A stretch of DNA of 63,520 bases, filler included, from Octopus bimaculoides (taxonomy: Eukaryota): the NCBI RefSeq assembly GCF_001194135.2. It is 5 parts of 5 records of this genome, joined end to end, with 100 filler letters (N's around TTAATTAATTAA, not from the genome) between each part and the next. Parts side by side here need not be neighbours in the genome. Positions count along the whole stretch, not along the records: positions 26,938 to 47,745 come from NC_068982.1; positions 47,846 to 58,617 come from NC_068986.1; 3 more parts are not named here. The stretch is one strand, 5' to 3'. Of the stretch, positions 39,218-50,362 are shown in pieces (position 1 is the stretch's first letter; the number at the start of each line of letters is the position of its first letter). The notes under the pieces are model-generated. The model had not been told where the DNA came from and ran no database searches. It saw only the letters and a list, made by a program, of their open reading frames with translations. The position numbers and the translations under genes were made by a program.

Positions 39218-39531
39218 NNNNNNNNNNNNNNNNNNNNNNNNNNNNNNNNNNNNNNNNNNNNNNNNNNNNNNNNNNNNNNNNNNNNNNNNNNNNNNNNNNN
39301 NNNNNNNNNNNNNNNNNNNNNNNNNNNNNNNNNNNNNNNNNNNNNNNNNNNNNNNNNNNNNNNNNNNNNNNNNNNNNNNNNNNNNNNNNNNNNNNNNNNN
39401 NNNNNNNNNNNNNNNNNNNNNNNNNNNNNNNNNNNNNNNNNNNNNNNNNNNNNNNNNNNNNNNNNNNNNNNGTGTGTGTGATGTGAGTGTGTGCGTGCGC
39501 GTGTGAGTGTGTATATATATGTATATATGTA

Positions 39532-39555
<24 letters not shown>

Positions 39556-39562
<7 letters not shown>

Positions 39563-39770
39563 GTATTTGTGTGTCTGTGTTTATTCCCCCACCATCGCTT
39601 GACAACCGATGTTGGTGTGTTTACATCCCCGTAGTTTAGTGCTTCGGTATAAGAGACCGATACAATAAATACAAAGAATAAGTTCTAGGGTCGATTTGTT
39701 CGACTAAAAGCAGTGCTCCAGCATGGCCGCAGTCAAATGACTGAAACAAGTAAAAGAATAAAAGAATACA
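39556..39770 (+). mobile_element. SINE family B 3' half
   Basis: CCCCCACCATCGCTTGACAACCGATGTTGGTG...GCATGGCCGCAGTCAAATGACTGAAACAAGTAAAAGAATAAAAGAAT. Confidence 0.85.
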
Positions 39771-39775
39771 TATAT

Positions 39776-39951
39776 GAGAGAGAGAGAGAGAGGGGGGGAG
39801 AGAGAGAACAAACGATAGAGAGAACAAACGAAAGAGAGGACCAAGCGAGAGAGAAAAAGAGAGCAATTGAAAGAGAGAGAGAGAGAGAGAGCAAGCGAGA
39901 GAGAGAGAGAAAGCGAGAAAGGAAGAGAGAGAGAGAGAGAGAGAGAGAGTT

Positions 39952-40026
<75 letters not shown>

Positions 40027-40045
40027 AAGGAGGGAAAGGAAGGCG
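39776..40045. repeat. (GA)n-rich tract
   Basis: Direct reading. Confidence 0.9.
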
Positions 40046-40696
40046 GGAGTGAGAAATTGAATACAGAGTTGTTAAGCCCCAGAACACAAATGAACTACGT
40101 TTCTCACTGAATCTATGGCTACACTATCCAATGTGACATCAGCTTTTTGGGGGATAGCAGGTGTTTCATCTCATGAATTTTGGGCTACTATTTCTATCAG
40201 GGTCACGCAAACAGATTCGCGTCGTTGGCTCGACGTTTAACCAAGAGAAAGTTTTACATATGTAGATAATGAAAAGCCGACAGAAACGTCGGAGTATCGG
40301 ACAGAAGGGATTCAACTATTTTTGCACTCTGAGTTCAAATCACGCTGACGGTAATCATTAGTTTTTATTCTCTTTGCGTCCATTAGAAAGCGCCAGTTCT
40401 CTCTTCCACTGGCTACTAAATTCTTGAAGCTCCATTCGATCAAGCGAGTGTCTGTTTCTGTTCGAACCTACATGGGCACCAATATCCATTAGCAATAAAT
40501 AAATAAATAAATAAATAGATAAATAAAAAAATAAAAAAATAATGGTACACGAGGATACCAAGTCAATTTCGATTGTGAGTGACGGCAGTAGATTTTAGTT
40601 ATTCATTTCTTACAACTTGTCTTGCCTAAGACGAAAGACGCTCCTGCTTTGCTTCGTCGCTCTGCGCACATCTTGGACAGTTCCATCTGACAGCGC

Positions 40697-40953
40697 TTCC
40701 GTGCATGTAGAGTTTATTTCGAACTGGCAGTATTCCTCGGTAACACTGCTAGGCTAGGGATTTTTGGAAGATAGCTGTGGTGGTACCCAGGCCTGAAACT
40801 CATTCGGAAGAGACCAGCTACTTCATTTTCGTCGAGGCTTAGTTTCTTCAAGAACATTGCTTTCATCCACCATGGCTAATTTCCAAAAATCTCTAGCCTA
40901 GCAGTGCTACTAAGGAACACTACCAGTTCAAAATAAACTCTATATGCACGGAA
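40697..40953. repeat. 87-bp inverted repeat with 83-bp loop
   Basis: Arms 40697-40783 and 40867-40953; 75 of 87 identical by manual alignment. Confidence 0.85.
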
Positions 40954-41686
40954 TTTTATAAATCTTCTTGTCCATTCCATCGCATTCAACCTTGTGTTAT
41001 AAAGAGAGAACAAATTTAGTGTGGCTTGTAGACATTTGACATCTGCTTCTAGCGTATTGGCGTTGGCCATCAAGCACCCTTAATTATAATTATATTTTTA
41101 TAACTATATACTTAAAAATTAATTTTAACGATGTAGTGTTTTTCTGTACGCTAGCCACTGATATAATCATTTTAGTGATTATATCCTCAATTTATACGTA
41201 TATATAATTTTGAGTTCTTTAGTTATATTTTGCTCCGGTACTATATTCACTTCGGCACTATTTCTGGCATTAACTACATGGCTGAGACGGGCGATTAGAT
41301 ATAATGTATACGCGGAAAATGTATGTATATATTGATATCTGTACGTAGAAATTTATCGGTATGTATATGTATTTCTCGCTTACATATTGTCGGTGTATTT
41401 CTACTGAAGAATGTAAAGTAATTTTAATTACAGAACACGAAATCTTAAGATAGAGAGTTATCCGAAATTTTATAAATCTTCTTGTCCATTCCTCGCGTTC
41501 AGCCTTGTGTTATAAAAAAAGAACAAATTTAGAGTGGCTTGCAGACATTTTACATCTACTTCTAGCGTATTGCCGTTGGCTCTCCAGCGCCCTTAATTAT
41601 AATTATATTTTTATAATTATATACCTAAAAATTAATTTTACCGATATGGTGGTCTTTCATACGCCAGTCACTGATGTGATCATTTT
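40952..41686 (+). repeat. About 220-bp direct duplication (40952-41173 and 41466-41686)
   Basis: Both copies start AATTTTATAAATCTTCTTGTCCATTCC and end CACTGAT.T.ATCATTTT. Confidence 0.85.
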
Positions 41687-41990
41687 TACAAAACATCCAC
41701 CGACCGGATCTCCCGACCGGCAGAGGGCTCCTGACAACATTCCACATGCCAGGCACTTCATCTTGGTCTTTTCTTGACCCAGGATTGGAGTTTCATCAAA
41801 GAGATGACCTGCTGCAAAGCGAATCTTACAAAGACCACACCGGCTCACTGTCCGGGAAAATCTATAAGTAGCGTAGCCGTATGTCTGCATTACAACCATG
41901 GCATGCTTAAACCGCTATCCAGAGGGCGCTGGCAACAATTGGTCCGCTTGACTCGTGAGAACGCAAAGGAAGCGGAAAAGTAAACGTTCC
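41657..41990 (-). mobile_element. Possible piggyBac-like transposase C-terminal cysteine-rich domain remnant
   Basis: RCGLC...KTKMKCLACG...ALC...GCF fits the RCxxC...KTxxxCxxC...LC...CF pattern. No catalytic region or TTAA-CCC end seen. Confidence 0.3.
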
Positions 41991-42050
41991 AGTTTGGCCA
42001 AACATGGATTGGGACAAGATACAAGGACTGTTGTACATTGTCTTCGTTCC

Positions 42051-42238
42051 TTTCTACTATAAGCACAAGGCCTGAAATGTAGGAGAGAGGGCTATTTGAT
42101 TACATGAACCCCAGTACTTAATTTGCCCTAATTTCATCGACCCCCAAAAGATGAAAGGCAAAGTTGACCTCGTAAAGTCAGACGAAATGTCGCTAAGCAT
42201 TTTATCTGGCGTGCTAACGATTCTGCTAGCTTGCCGCC

Positions 42239-42240
<2 letters not shown>
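42051..42240 (-). mobile_element. SINE family A, internally deleted
   Basis: Reverse complement of family A, followed by (AAT)n at 42241-42300. Confidence 0.8.
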
Positions 42241-42302
<62 letters not shown>

Positions 42303-42303
<1 letters not shown>

Positions 42304-42452
42304 ATGAGTCAATTACATCGACCTCAGTGTTCAACTGGCACTTATTTTATCGACCCCGAATGATGAAAGGCAAAGTTAACCTCGGCGGAATTTGAATTCA
42401 GATCGGAGCGACGGGCGAAATACTGTAAAGCATTTCGTTCAGCTGGCCACTT
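42303..42452 (-). mobile_element. SINE family A partial
   Basis: Reverse complement of the family A core. Confidence 0.75.
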
Positions 42453-42487
42453 TAATANNNNNNNNNNNNNNNNNNNNAATAATAATA

Positions 42488-42786
42488 AAATGCTACCTAG
42501 CTCAGATACCAGGATACCCCAAAATGGCAGAAATTCAAAAGTTAGTGCTCATGGAAACTGCCCATATCCTACGCAAAACACTTTCTATTTAATCTCAAAT
42601 TTTGAAACAAACACATAATTTTCTTATGGCTTCTTAAACATTCTCTAGAACAACACTATGTGCAAAACCAAATATATGGCACCCTAGGCATAACACCAAC
42701 AAGAACTTCTAACTTGTTGTCACTTGAGGTCTCTGGGTGAGACTTGGAGCCAACTTGTAGAAATGTAAAGTAAAAGTCAAACATAA

Positions 42787-42787
<1 letters not shown>
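42488..42787 (+). mobile_element. R4/Dong-like LINE 3' end (family Y), TAA repeats on both sides
   Basis: KCYLAQIPGYPKMAEIQKLVLMETAHILRKTLSI* plus a 3' UTR, followed by (AAT)n at 42788-42862. Confidence 0.8.
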
Positions 42788-42863
<76 letters not shown>

Positions 42864-43725
42864 AGAGTGCACATTCAAAACGAAACAAAAAGTATCCGGT
42901 GACATACGGAAAAAAACCCATACACAACAAACATGAAAATATCACAAAAGAACTCGCTACATACAAAGCCAAGATCCAACCAGAAGAAAGAAAACAACAG
43001 AAATGACCTTAGATACAATAAGTGAGACCCTTAAACAAAAGAAAACATACTATAAAAAGCCAATACAATAAACAAACAAGGTAATACAGCAAATCACAAT
43101 CAAACAGAAGCAAATAACTAAAATCAATAAAAATGAAGACCATAAAGCTCCCATAGAAATGTCCAAGCAAAATACACAGTCACAACAAAAGTAAACTCTC
43201 TCACACCACGCCTGATAACAATTACACATTACAAACACACATCACAACAGAGCAACCGGAGTTAATTCAGACAATAGAAGAGAAAACTAGAAAAAATCAA
43301 TGACTATGGATAAACGTAAACACTTGATCAATTTATAAAAAAAACAAACAAGAAGTTTTAGTGGGGGAAAAAAAAAGAAATAAATAAGCGAGAAAAACAG
43401 CCTGGATGTCGATAGAGTTTATGATCTGATGTATTTAGCAGCAGTGGTATTACAGACGGAAACTTGATTATAATAGAGTTAGACATACAGCCAAACCTCA
43501 TCATGGAAAAATGAGAAGTACCCATAATATATGAAACTGAGCGAAAAAAAAAAAAAAAGAATCAGAAAAGAAAAGATCTGTACGTAGCGAAATGAAAGAA
43601 AAGGAGTCGATATGGAAAAGAAGCACAGAATGAAATGACTAAAAGAACTGCTTAAACAAACCTATGAGTGAAAGCATATATCGTATATTTCAAATAAGTG
43701 TTATAAGATTCAGCAGAGAGAATAG

Positions 43726-43945
43726 CAGGCATGGCTGTGCGGTTAAGAATTTCCTTTCACAGCAACATAGTTTTGGTTCAGTTTCACTACGTGGCACCTT
43801 GGGCAAGTGTCTTCTACCATAGCTCCGAGCCGACTAATACCTTGTAAGTGAATTTGGTAGTGGAAACTACGGAAACCCGCCATATATATATCTTTTACCA
43901 CTAAGTTGCAGTATTAGTTTGTTTACGTCACCGCAACTTAGAGGT
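43726..43945 (+). mobile_element. SINE family B, head plus shortened body
   Basis: GCAGGCATGGCTGTGCGGTTAAGAA...GGTTCAGTTTCACTACGTGGCACCTTGGGCAAGTGTCTTCTAC. Confidence 0.75.
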
Positions 43946-43959
43946 AAAAGATAAGACGA

Positions 43960-44575
43960 AAAGATGCCATAACCTTGAAAGACACCACAGCATTAACAGA
44001 AAATGAAACACAGTGAAAGGGAATATGAAGCAATGTTCGGAGGGATTATGAAGCCCAAACAATACAAATGCACAATGGATCAAAAGGAAAGAAGAAAAGG
44101 GAACAAGAAAAATAAAATACGATCATAGTATGGCTTACTAGTAGGGAATCCACTAACTTACTAAGAACTGCTGGTAACTGGGATTAACAAAGTCTTCAAT
44201 TTCTGTCTACATCCACTTGATTTCCTGTACTTATGGCTTTATGGTAACACCATTCAATGAAAAGGTAAGCGGACTCGGATCAACACAGGATTGGCTGCTA
44301 GAGGGGAAAATAATATTGATTCCATAAAAACAAAAAAGCAGAGATCCATCAAATTACAAGCCTATTACCACCTTGCTAACAGCATCTTCCATACTTTACA
44401 ATAGGCTGTTTAAACTGGGGATCAGAAAAAGCGGTTAATGGAAGTGTATAACTCTAAATAATAACAACAAGCAACTGATCACTGCTAGAAATGGTAACTA
44501 AATTGCTCATAACACATCGTTATAACCTTCTAAGATATAAAGATGACACACTGGATACAATACACTTTCAGACGA
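43960..44575 (+). mobile_element. Older, degraded R4/Dong-like RT N-terminal remnant (may extend back to 42862)
   Basis: NTNAQWIK, QDWLLEGKIILIP*K and DPSNYKPITTL correspond to the WLTxGxTxLIPK...PxNYRPITCL motifs. Confidence 0.45.
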
Positions 44576-44579
44576 TATG

Positions 44580-46516
44580 TCTAGGGGGAAAAAACGGACA
44601 GTATCGTCAATAATGGATTATGGAGTGTATGAACCTATTTAGTATTGCATCGAATGTTGAGCGATTGCTTGGAAAAAGTATGGCGAATTGGAGAACGGAC
44701 CTGACAGCATACAGAAGAAGTTTAGGGTCAGTAGAAATTAGGAGAGGCATCTTCCAAGGGGACTGCCTGTCCCTACTGATCTTTGTACTCTGCTTGATAC
44801 CACTAACATTGATTCGGAGGAAAGCAAAAGTTAGGTATGTATTCAAAAGCCGCCAACAAAAAGTCAACTATTTGTTATTCATGGATGACCTCAAACTTTA
44901 TGGTAAAGATGAAGCCCAAGTCAGTTCCCTCGTTGATACGGTGTATACCTTCAGTGCTGATAACAGAATGGAGTTCGGACTGAGAATGTGTGGTGTGTTA
45001 GTCTTGAAGAGAGGAAAAATTAAATGTATGGACGGGCTAACGATACCGTCGGGGGAGGTTATGAAGCAGATAGAAGAAACGGGCTATAAGTATTTGGGGA
45101 TTTTGGAAATGGATAAATTGATGGAGAAAGAAATGACAGAAAAATTTAAGGTGGAGTACTTGCTCAGACTGAGAATGATCCTTAAGTCGAAATTAAACGA
45201 ACGGAATAAGATCGAAGCTATCAACACCTGGGTGGTTTCACTCCTTAAATACTGAGCAGGGGTAATCGCATGGACAGTAGACAAACTGAACAGCTTAGTC
45301 AGAAAGACAAGGAAGTTGCTAACTAGATATGGGTCACTCCACCCAAAAATGACACAGAAAGACTGTATGTACCAAGAAAAAGAGAGGGAAGAGGACTTAT
45401 TGGATGCGAACACAACATTAGAGCAGAAGAAAACAACATAGCATGGTATGTAAAAAAATGCCATAGAACCGCTATTATTAGAAGTAAGCAGGTCAGGCTT
45501 GTGTAGGATGAAAGATTGCAAAGATAAAGCACTGTACAAGCACTTGAGAATGAATGAAACTGAAAATAGGTGGATAAAGAAAAGAATGTATGGGAAATTT
45601 CATGTTGAAGATAAGACAGACAGAGAAAAAAGATGGCTATGGATGACTAAAAGTGATTTAAAACTGGAAACAGAGGCTCTAATCTGTGCTGCCTAAGAGC
45701 AAGCACTAAGAGTGAATTACATCAAATACAGAATAGACAANNNNNNNNNNNNNNNNNNNNNNNNNNNNNNNNNNNNNNNNNNNNNNNNNNNNNNNNNNNN
45801 NNNNNNNNNNNNNNNNNNNNNNNNNNNNNNNNNNNNNNNNNNNNNNNNNNNNNNNNNNNNNNNNNNNNNNNNNNNNNNNNNNNNNNNNNNNNNNNNNNNN
45901 NNNNNNNNNNNNNNNNNNNNNNNNNNNNNNNNNNNNNNNNNNNNNNNNNNNNNNNNNNNNNNNNNNNNNNNNNNNNNNNNNNNNNNNNNNNNNNNNNNNN
46001 NNNNNNNNNNNNNNNNNNNNNNNNNNNNNNNNNNNNNNNNNNNNNNNNNNNNNNNNNNNNNNNNNNNAAAGATCCTATGAGATTTTATGATTTAGTGCGA
46101 CCATGAGATAGAGAATAGTAATCCAGGCATAGTCTTAATTGAGAAAGAAAACAAACTATGCTGGATCATAGATATAGCATACCTAACAGACAACAAGTAT
46201 GCGATAAGGAAGAAAGAAAAGTTGAGAGATATGACAGGTTAGCTTGGGAAGTTTAGCAGCTGCGGTCGATGAAAAAGGTAGCAGTAGTACCAATAATTGT
46301 CGGAGCCCTGGGAACAATGATCAAAAATCTCAAGAAGTACGTGGAACAAATAGGAACTGCAATAAGGGTGGAGCACTTGCAGAAAACAGCACTGCTTGGA
46401 ACCGCTCGAATACTCCGAAAGGTGCTCGAAAAATATGGAGTGTTACCTTAGTTCACTGCTAGTGAACAGCTGACACTGTAGTACATCTCCAGCATTATTA
46501 GAAGCTGTGCAAAAGC
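44580..46516 (+). mobile_element. R4/Dong-like non-LTR retrotransposon (family X), 5'-truncated, inactivated; RT plus RLE endonuclease
   Basis: RRGIFQGDCLS, LFMDDLKLY and YKYLGI RT motifs; KIL*DFMI*CDHE...PGIVLIEKENKLCWIIDIA RLE region; C-terminus LQKTALLGTARILRKVL; (GAT/AAT)n tail. Confidence 0.92.
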
Positions 46517-46535
46517 AATGATGATGATAATAATG

Positions 46536-46596
<61 letters not shown>

Positions 46597-46598
<2 letters not shown>

Positions 46599-46746
46599 TC
46601 GAAAAATACCTTAGGAATGAGAACCCAGGTTCGAAATTTCCCCAAGACACCTGATGAAGGCTGGAGGGTATATCAACCGAAACGTTGTGTTAATAACAAA
46701 CAAGAGGAGGACAAATATCCGTCAAATGTAAATAATGTAAATAATG
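46597..46746 (+). mobile_element. Penelope-type terminal (pLTR-like) repeat carrying a hammerhead motif
   Basis: CCTGATGAAGGCTG...CAACCGAAACGTTG is the typical PLE terminal signature; sits directly after the (AAT)n tail of the R4 element. Confidence 0.55.
46646..46691 (+). ncRNA. Minimal type I hammerhead ribozyme (PLE-type, probably dimer-dependent)
   Basis: Stem I GACAC(46646-50)/GTGTT(46687-91); core CTGATGA 46651-57; extra A; stem II GGCTG/CAACC (one mismatch); GAAA 46679-82; palindromic AACGTT stem III; GUU triplet. Confidence 0.55.
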
Positions 46747-47308
46747 GACAATTAAATATTTACTATTGGTGTAGCTCTACCCCGGTAGTAAAGTTGAATG
46801 TATCGTGAAGGTCAAGTTGACGGGTACTTCAAATATTGCCTATGGGCTTGTTCAAACAGCGAAAGAAAATTTCCTACTCGTGTTTACAAATAAGGAGAAA
46901 ATCTTTATCAAAAGAATGGAGTGTGTGAGTTGGGTTTTAGTATTTTTTAAAATTTCAGTAAAAAGATTAAAAAAAAAAATTTCTTCAAGGCAGTAAACAA
47001 AGTTTAGAAGTCAATAAAGAGTTTAAAGTTTGAGAAATAGATTAAACAGATAAGTCAGTTGGAGAGTTGGTTGATGATAAATTTAGAGCGACTGTGGAGC
47101 ATTAACAAAAATAAACGCAAAAGGAGAAAGACGGCTTAATAGGTAGAAGTTACTGCACAATCAGAATAGAACAGTACCTTATCAGGTACAAGGTATCATG
47201 AAAATGAACTGACTTGTGCAACATTTTTATTCTAAAAGAGATAAAATATTATTGTCTTATAGGGTTTATAAGAAAATATTTAACTTCTTAAGTAGTATGC
47301 GTGTTATA

Positions 47309-47745
47309 TGGAAAATCACAGGTAGCTGCATCCTGGCGTATACGTGCTGCCAGCTCCTGGAGAGTTTCGCCTGGCTTCCGCTGCATATCACTCCAAAACT
47401 TGAAACGCTCTCTCACAATGAAAAGTTTAGGGTCGAACTGTTCCTTCATGAAGTCAACGATTTCGTCCATTATCAAGTTGTTGATATCTTTAGGCGGATT
47501 TCCAGCGATCACCAACCCACAGGATGAAGCTCTGAGACAGAGATTCATATGTTCGGTTAACAATGAAGCGGTTCTGAAGGCGCTTTTTAAGATAAAAGAC
47601 TCAGAACTAGATTTTGCCCGTGCTGTCCAGGTTGCCATTGAGACTGAAGACGCAGCAAAGGTTGCAAAAGAAACTGTATACGGTTCCAAAACCAAGCAGG
47701 TGTACAAGGTCCAGCAGAACAGGAATAAGAGTCCTCAAAAGAAAC
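47309..47745. mobile_element. Gypsy-type (K02A2.6-like) gag fragment with internal inversion
   Basis: Minus 47498 to 47309 PPKDINNLIMDEIVDFMKEQFDPKLFIVRERFKFWSDMQRKPGETLQELAARIRQDAATCDFP; plus 47499 to 47745 FPAITNPQDEALRQRFICSVNNEAVLKALFKIKD...AAKVAKETVYG. Confidence 0.75.
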
Positions 47746-47845
47746 NNNNNNNNNNNNNNNNNNNNNNNNNNNNNNNNNNNNNNNNNNNNTTAATTAATTA
47801 ANNNNNNNNNNNNNNNNNNNNNNNNNNNNNNNNNNNNNNNNNNNN
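47746..47845. other. Artificial scaffold spacer 44N-TTAATTAATTAA-44N
   Basis: 12-mer at 47790-47801. Confidence 0.95.
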
Positions 47846-47923
<78 letters not shown>

Positions 47924-47925
<2 letters not shown>

Positions 47926-48132
47926 AGGCAGCGAGCTGGTAGAATCGTTAGCGCGCCGGACAAAATGCTTATCGGTATTTCGTCCGTCTTCCCGTTCTGA
48001 GTTCAAATTCCGCCGAGGTCGACATTGCTTTTCATCCTTTCGGGGTCGATTAAATAACTACCAGTTACGCACTGGGGTCGATGTAATCGACTTAATCCCT
48101 TCCCTCAAATTTGAGGCTTTGTGCTTCCGGGA
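47924..48132 (+). mobile_element. SINE family A, full length, after (TTA)n
   Basis: GGCAGCGAGCTGGTAGAATCGTTAGCGCG...GAGTTCAAATTCCGCCGAGGTCGAC. Confidence 0.9.
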
Positions 48133-48394
48133 TTATTATTGTTAATACCATGCACGCGTAATCGAAAGAAGGGTGTTTAATCACTCGTCTTCGTCTGTCT
48201 ATGTTTGCAAAATTACTGGAAATCGGCTGATCGGATTTTCACCACATTTAACAGCAATAATCATTGGGTGAGTGGCTCAAAATGATGAACATTTGGTTTG
48301 ATTATCTTTAAAAAAAAGAAAAAGATATTTTAAAACCGAACTTACGATAAGCAAGTGGTCATATTTCTTTTTCATGCGAATCGACTTTCGTCTG

Positions 48395-49803
48395 CTTTGA
48401 TCTTGTGCCGCCAATATGAAACCTTCATTCTCTGCTTTCAGTCCTGAACTTCTCAGTCACTGATGGGTTGTTGCTTGGTCTACACCAGCATTTCGACTTC
48501 GAAGTATGTACTGTTCATGCAGAAGCTTCTGGTCCACCAATTCCCAATTTGTTTCTGCCCGTTCTTTTTTGTAGTCTGCTTGGTCCGTTTTGCTTGTTTG
48601 GTGACTGTGGTTTCAGGTTTTTCATCTAATTCAGTGTTAATGCCAAGTCCCCTTGCGAATTTACCAACTTCCTGCACACAAGCCGCAGCATCCTGTCCTC
48701 TACTAGATAAGTACCAGTTTACTGCTATTGTGGAGGTCTTATAGCACAGTTCTACCTGCATCATTCCTCTTCCCCATTACTTCTAGGTAGATGCAGACGA
48801 TCAATGTCTCTTTTGGGTGGTGCATGTTCTTAGATGTTAGTAGTTTTCTTGTCTTCCTGTCTAGGTGTTGGATCTCTGTTAGATTACAATTAATGATCTT
48901 AAAACTGTATTGAACTACAGGAAGTGCCAGGGTGTTAATTGCTTCAATGCGAGTTTTGAAGTTGAGTTCAGTTTTTAGTATGAGTCTTACTTTCCTGTTA
49001 TACGCTTTTCTTATTTTGTCCTTCATAATACCATGTTGTATACCATCTCCAAGTATTTATAACTTTCTTGTGGGTCAAGCTCTTTGATTGTAGCGTCGGT
49101 ATTTAATGTAATGGAAGCTGTTTGCTTGAGCCTGCCTCTTAAAAAGTTGCTTTAGCACACTTGTCAAGGCCAAAATCGATCCCGATGTCATTGCTGAATT
49201 CTTGAACAGTTGCTAGCTTCCCCACTAGCTCTTCGTCATTTCTAGCACACAGCTTCAGATCGTCCATATAAAACAGATGGCTTATTGTAGTATTATAAAC
49301 TTTGAACCCATACCTGGTACTATTGAGTGTGGGATCAGTGCCATACAAAAGTGTAATGGGGAAACGGAGTCACCTTGAAAGATGTCTCGTTTGAAGTTGA
49401 TGTTAGAACGGCTGATCCCATTACTTTGGTTTAGAAGGAGACGTGTGTTCTACCTTGTAAACATTTGCTACCTTGTAAAACTTTGGAGACGACAGGTGAG
49501 ATCTTATATATCTTAAGGGCCTTGAGTAGCCAATTATGTGAACAACTATCAAACGCTTTCCTGTAGTCTATCCATGCCATACTCAGGCTCTGATTTTTGC
49601 TCCAGCAATTCTCTAGAATCATTTTATTTATGAGTAATCGATCTTCGAACTCATAAGAATTCTTTTAAAGCCTGTTTGAGCTTGTGGAAGGACACAGTTC
49701 TGTTTAACGAAAGGGTATATTCTTTCAGTTAATATGGATGTGAAGATCTTGTAAGCAGTGTTGAGACATGTTATTGGTCGGTAGCTTTTTGGAAGTTCTT
49801 TGG
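48395..49803 (-). mobile_element. R4/Dong-like LINE RT remnant (distinct from family X)
   Basis: PKSYRPITCLNTAYK, AWIDYRKAFDS, IFQGDSVSP, HLFYMDDLKL, IEAINTLALPV and FILAAQDQ, with frameshifts. Confidence 0.85.
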
Positions 49804-49805
49804 AT

Positions 49806-50008
49806 TTGGTAGAATCGTTAGCACGTGGGGCGAAATGCTTAATAGTATTTCGTCTGTCGCTACGTTCTGAGTTCAAATTCCGTAGAGATCGACTTTGCTT
49901 TTCATCCTTTCCGGGTCGATAAAATAACTACCTATCGAACACTAGGGGTCAATGTAGTCGACTCATCTCCACCTCACCCAAGTTGCCCTTGTGGCAAAAA
50001 GTTGAAAT
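49806..50008 (+). mobile_element. SINE family A (diverged)
   Basis: TGGTAGAATCGTTAGCACG...GAGTTCAAATTCCG...TTTCATCCTTTCCGGGTCGATAAAATAAC. Confidence 0.8.
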
Positions 50009-50035
50009 AATAATAATGATAATAATTATTATTAT

Positions 50036-50250
50036 TTAGACAGTGAGCTGGCTGAGTCGTTACCGCACCGGACAAAATGCTTAGCGGCATTTGTTCCGAT
50101 TTAAAATTTTGAGTTCAAATGTCGCTGGGGTCAATTTTCCTGTCATCCTTTCGGGATCTGCAAAATAAGTACCAGTTTAGCACTGCAGTCGATGTAAACA
50201 ACATACCCACGTCTCCAAAACTGTCTGCTTTGTGTCAAGATTTGAACCCG
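50036..50250 (+). mobile_element. SINE family A (diverged)
   Basis: GACAGTGAGCTGGCTGAGTCGTTACC...GAGTTCAAATG...AAATAAGTACCAG. Confidence 0.75.
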
Positions 50251-50261
50251 TTATTATTAGG

Positions 50262-50362
50262 TAAGGTCGATGCCATCGACTCTTGTACTTGACAGGCGTT
50301 TAATTCTATAGGCTCCGAAAGGAGGAAAGCAGAGTTGGCCTCGGTGAGATTTGAACTCAGAA
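50262..50362 (-). mobile_element. SINE family A partial, inverted relative to its neighbour
   Basis: Reverse complement CTGAGTTCAAATCTCACCGAGGCCAACTCTGCTTTCCTCCTTTCGG. Confidence 0.6.
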
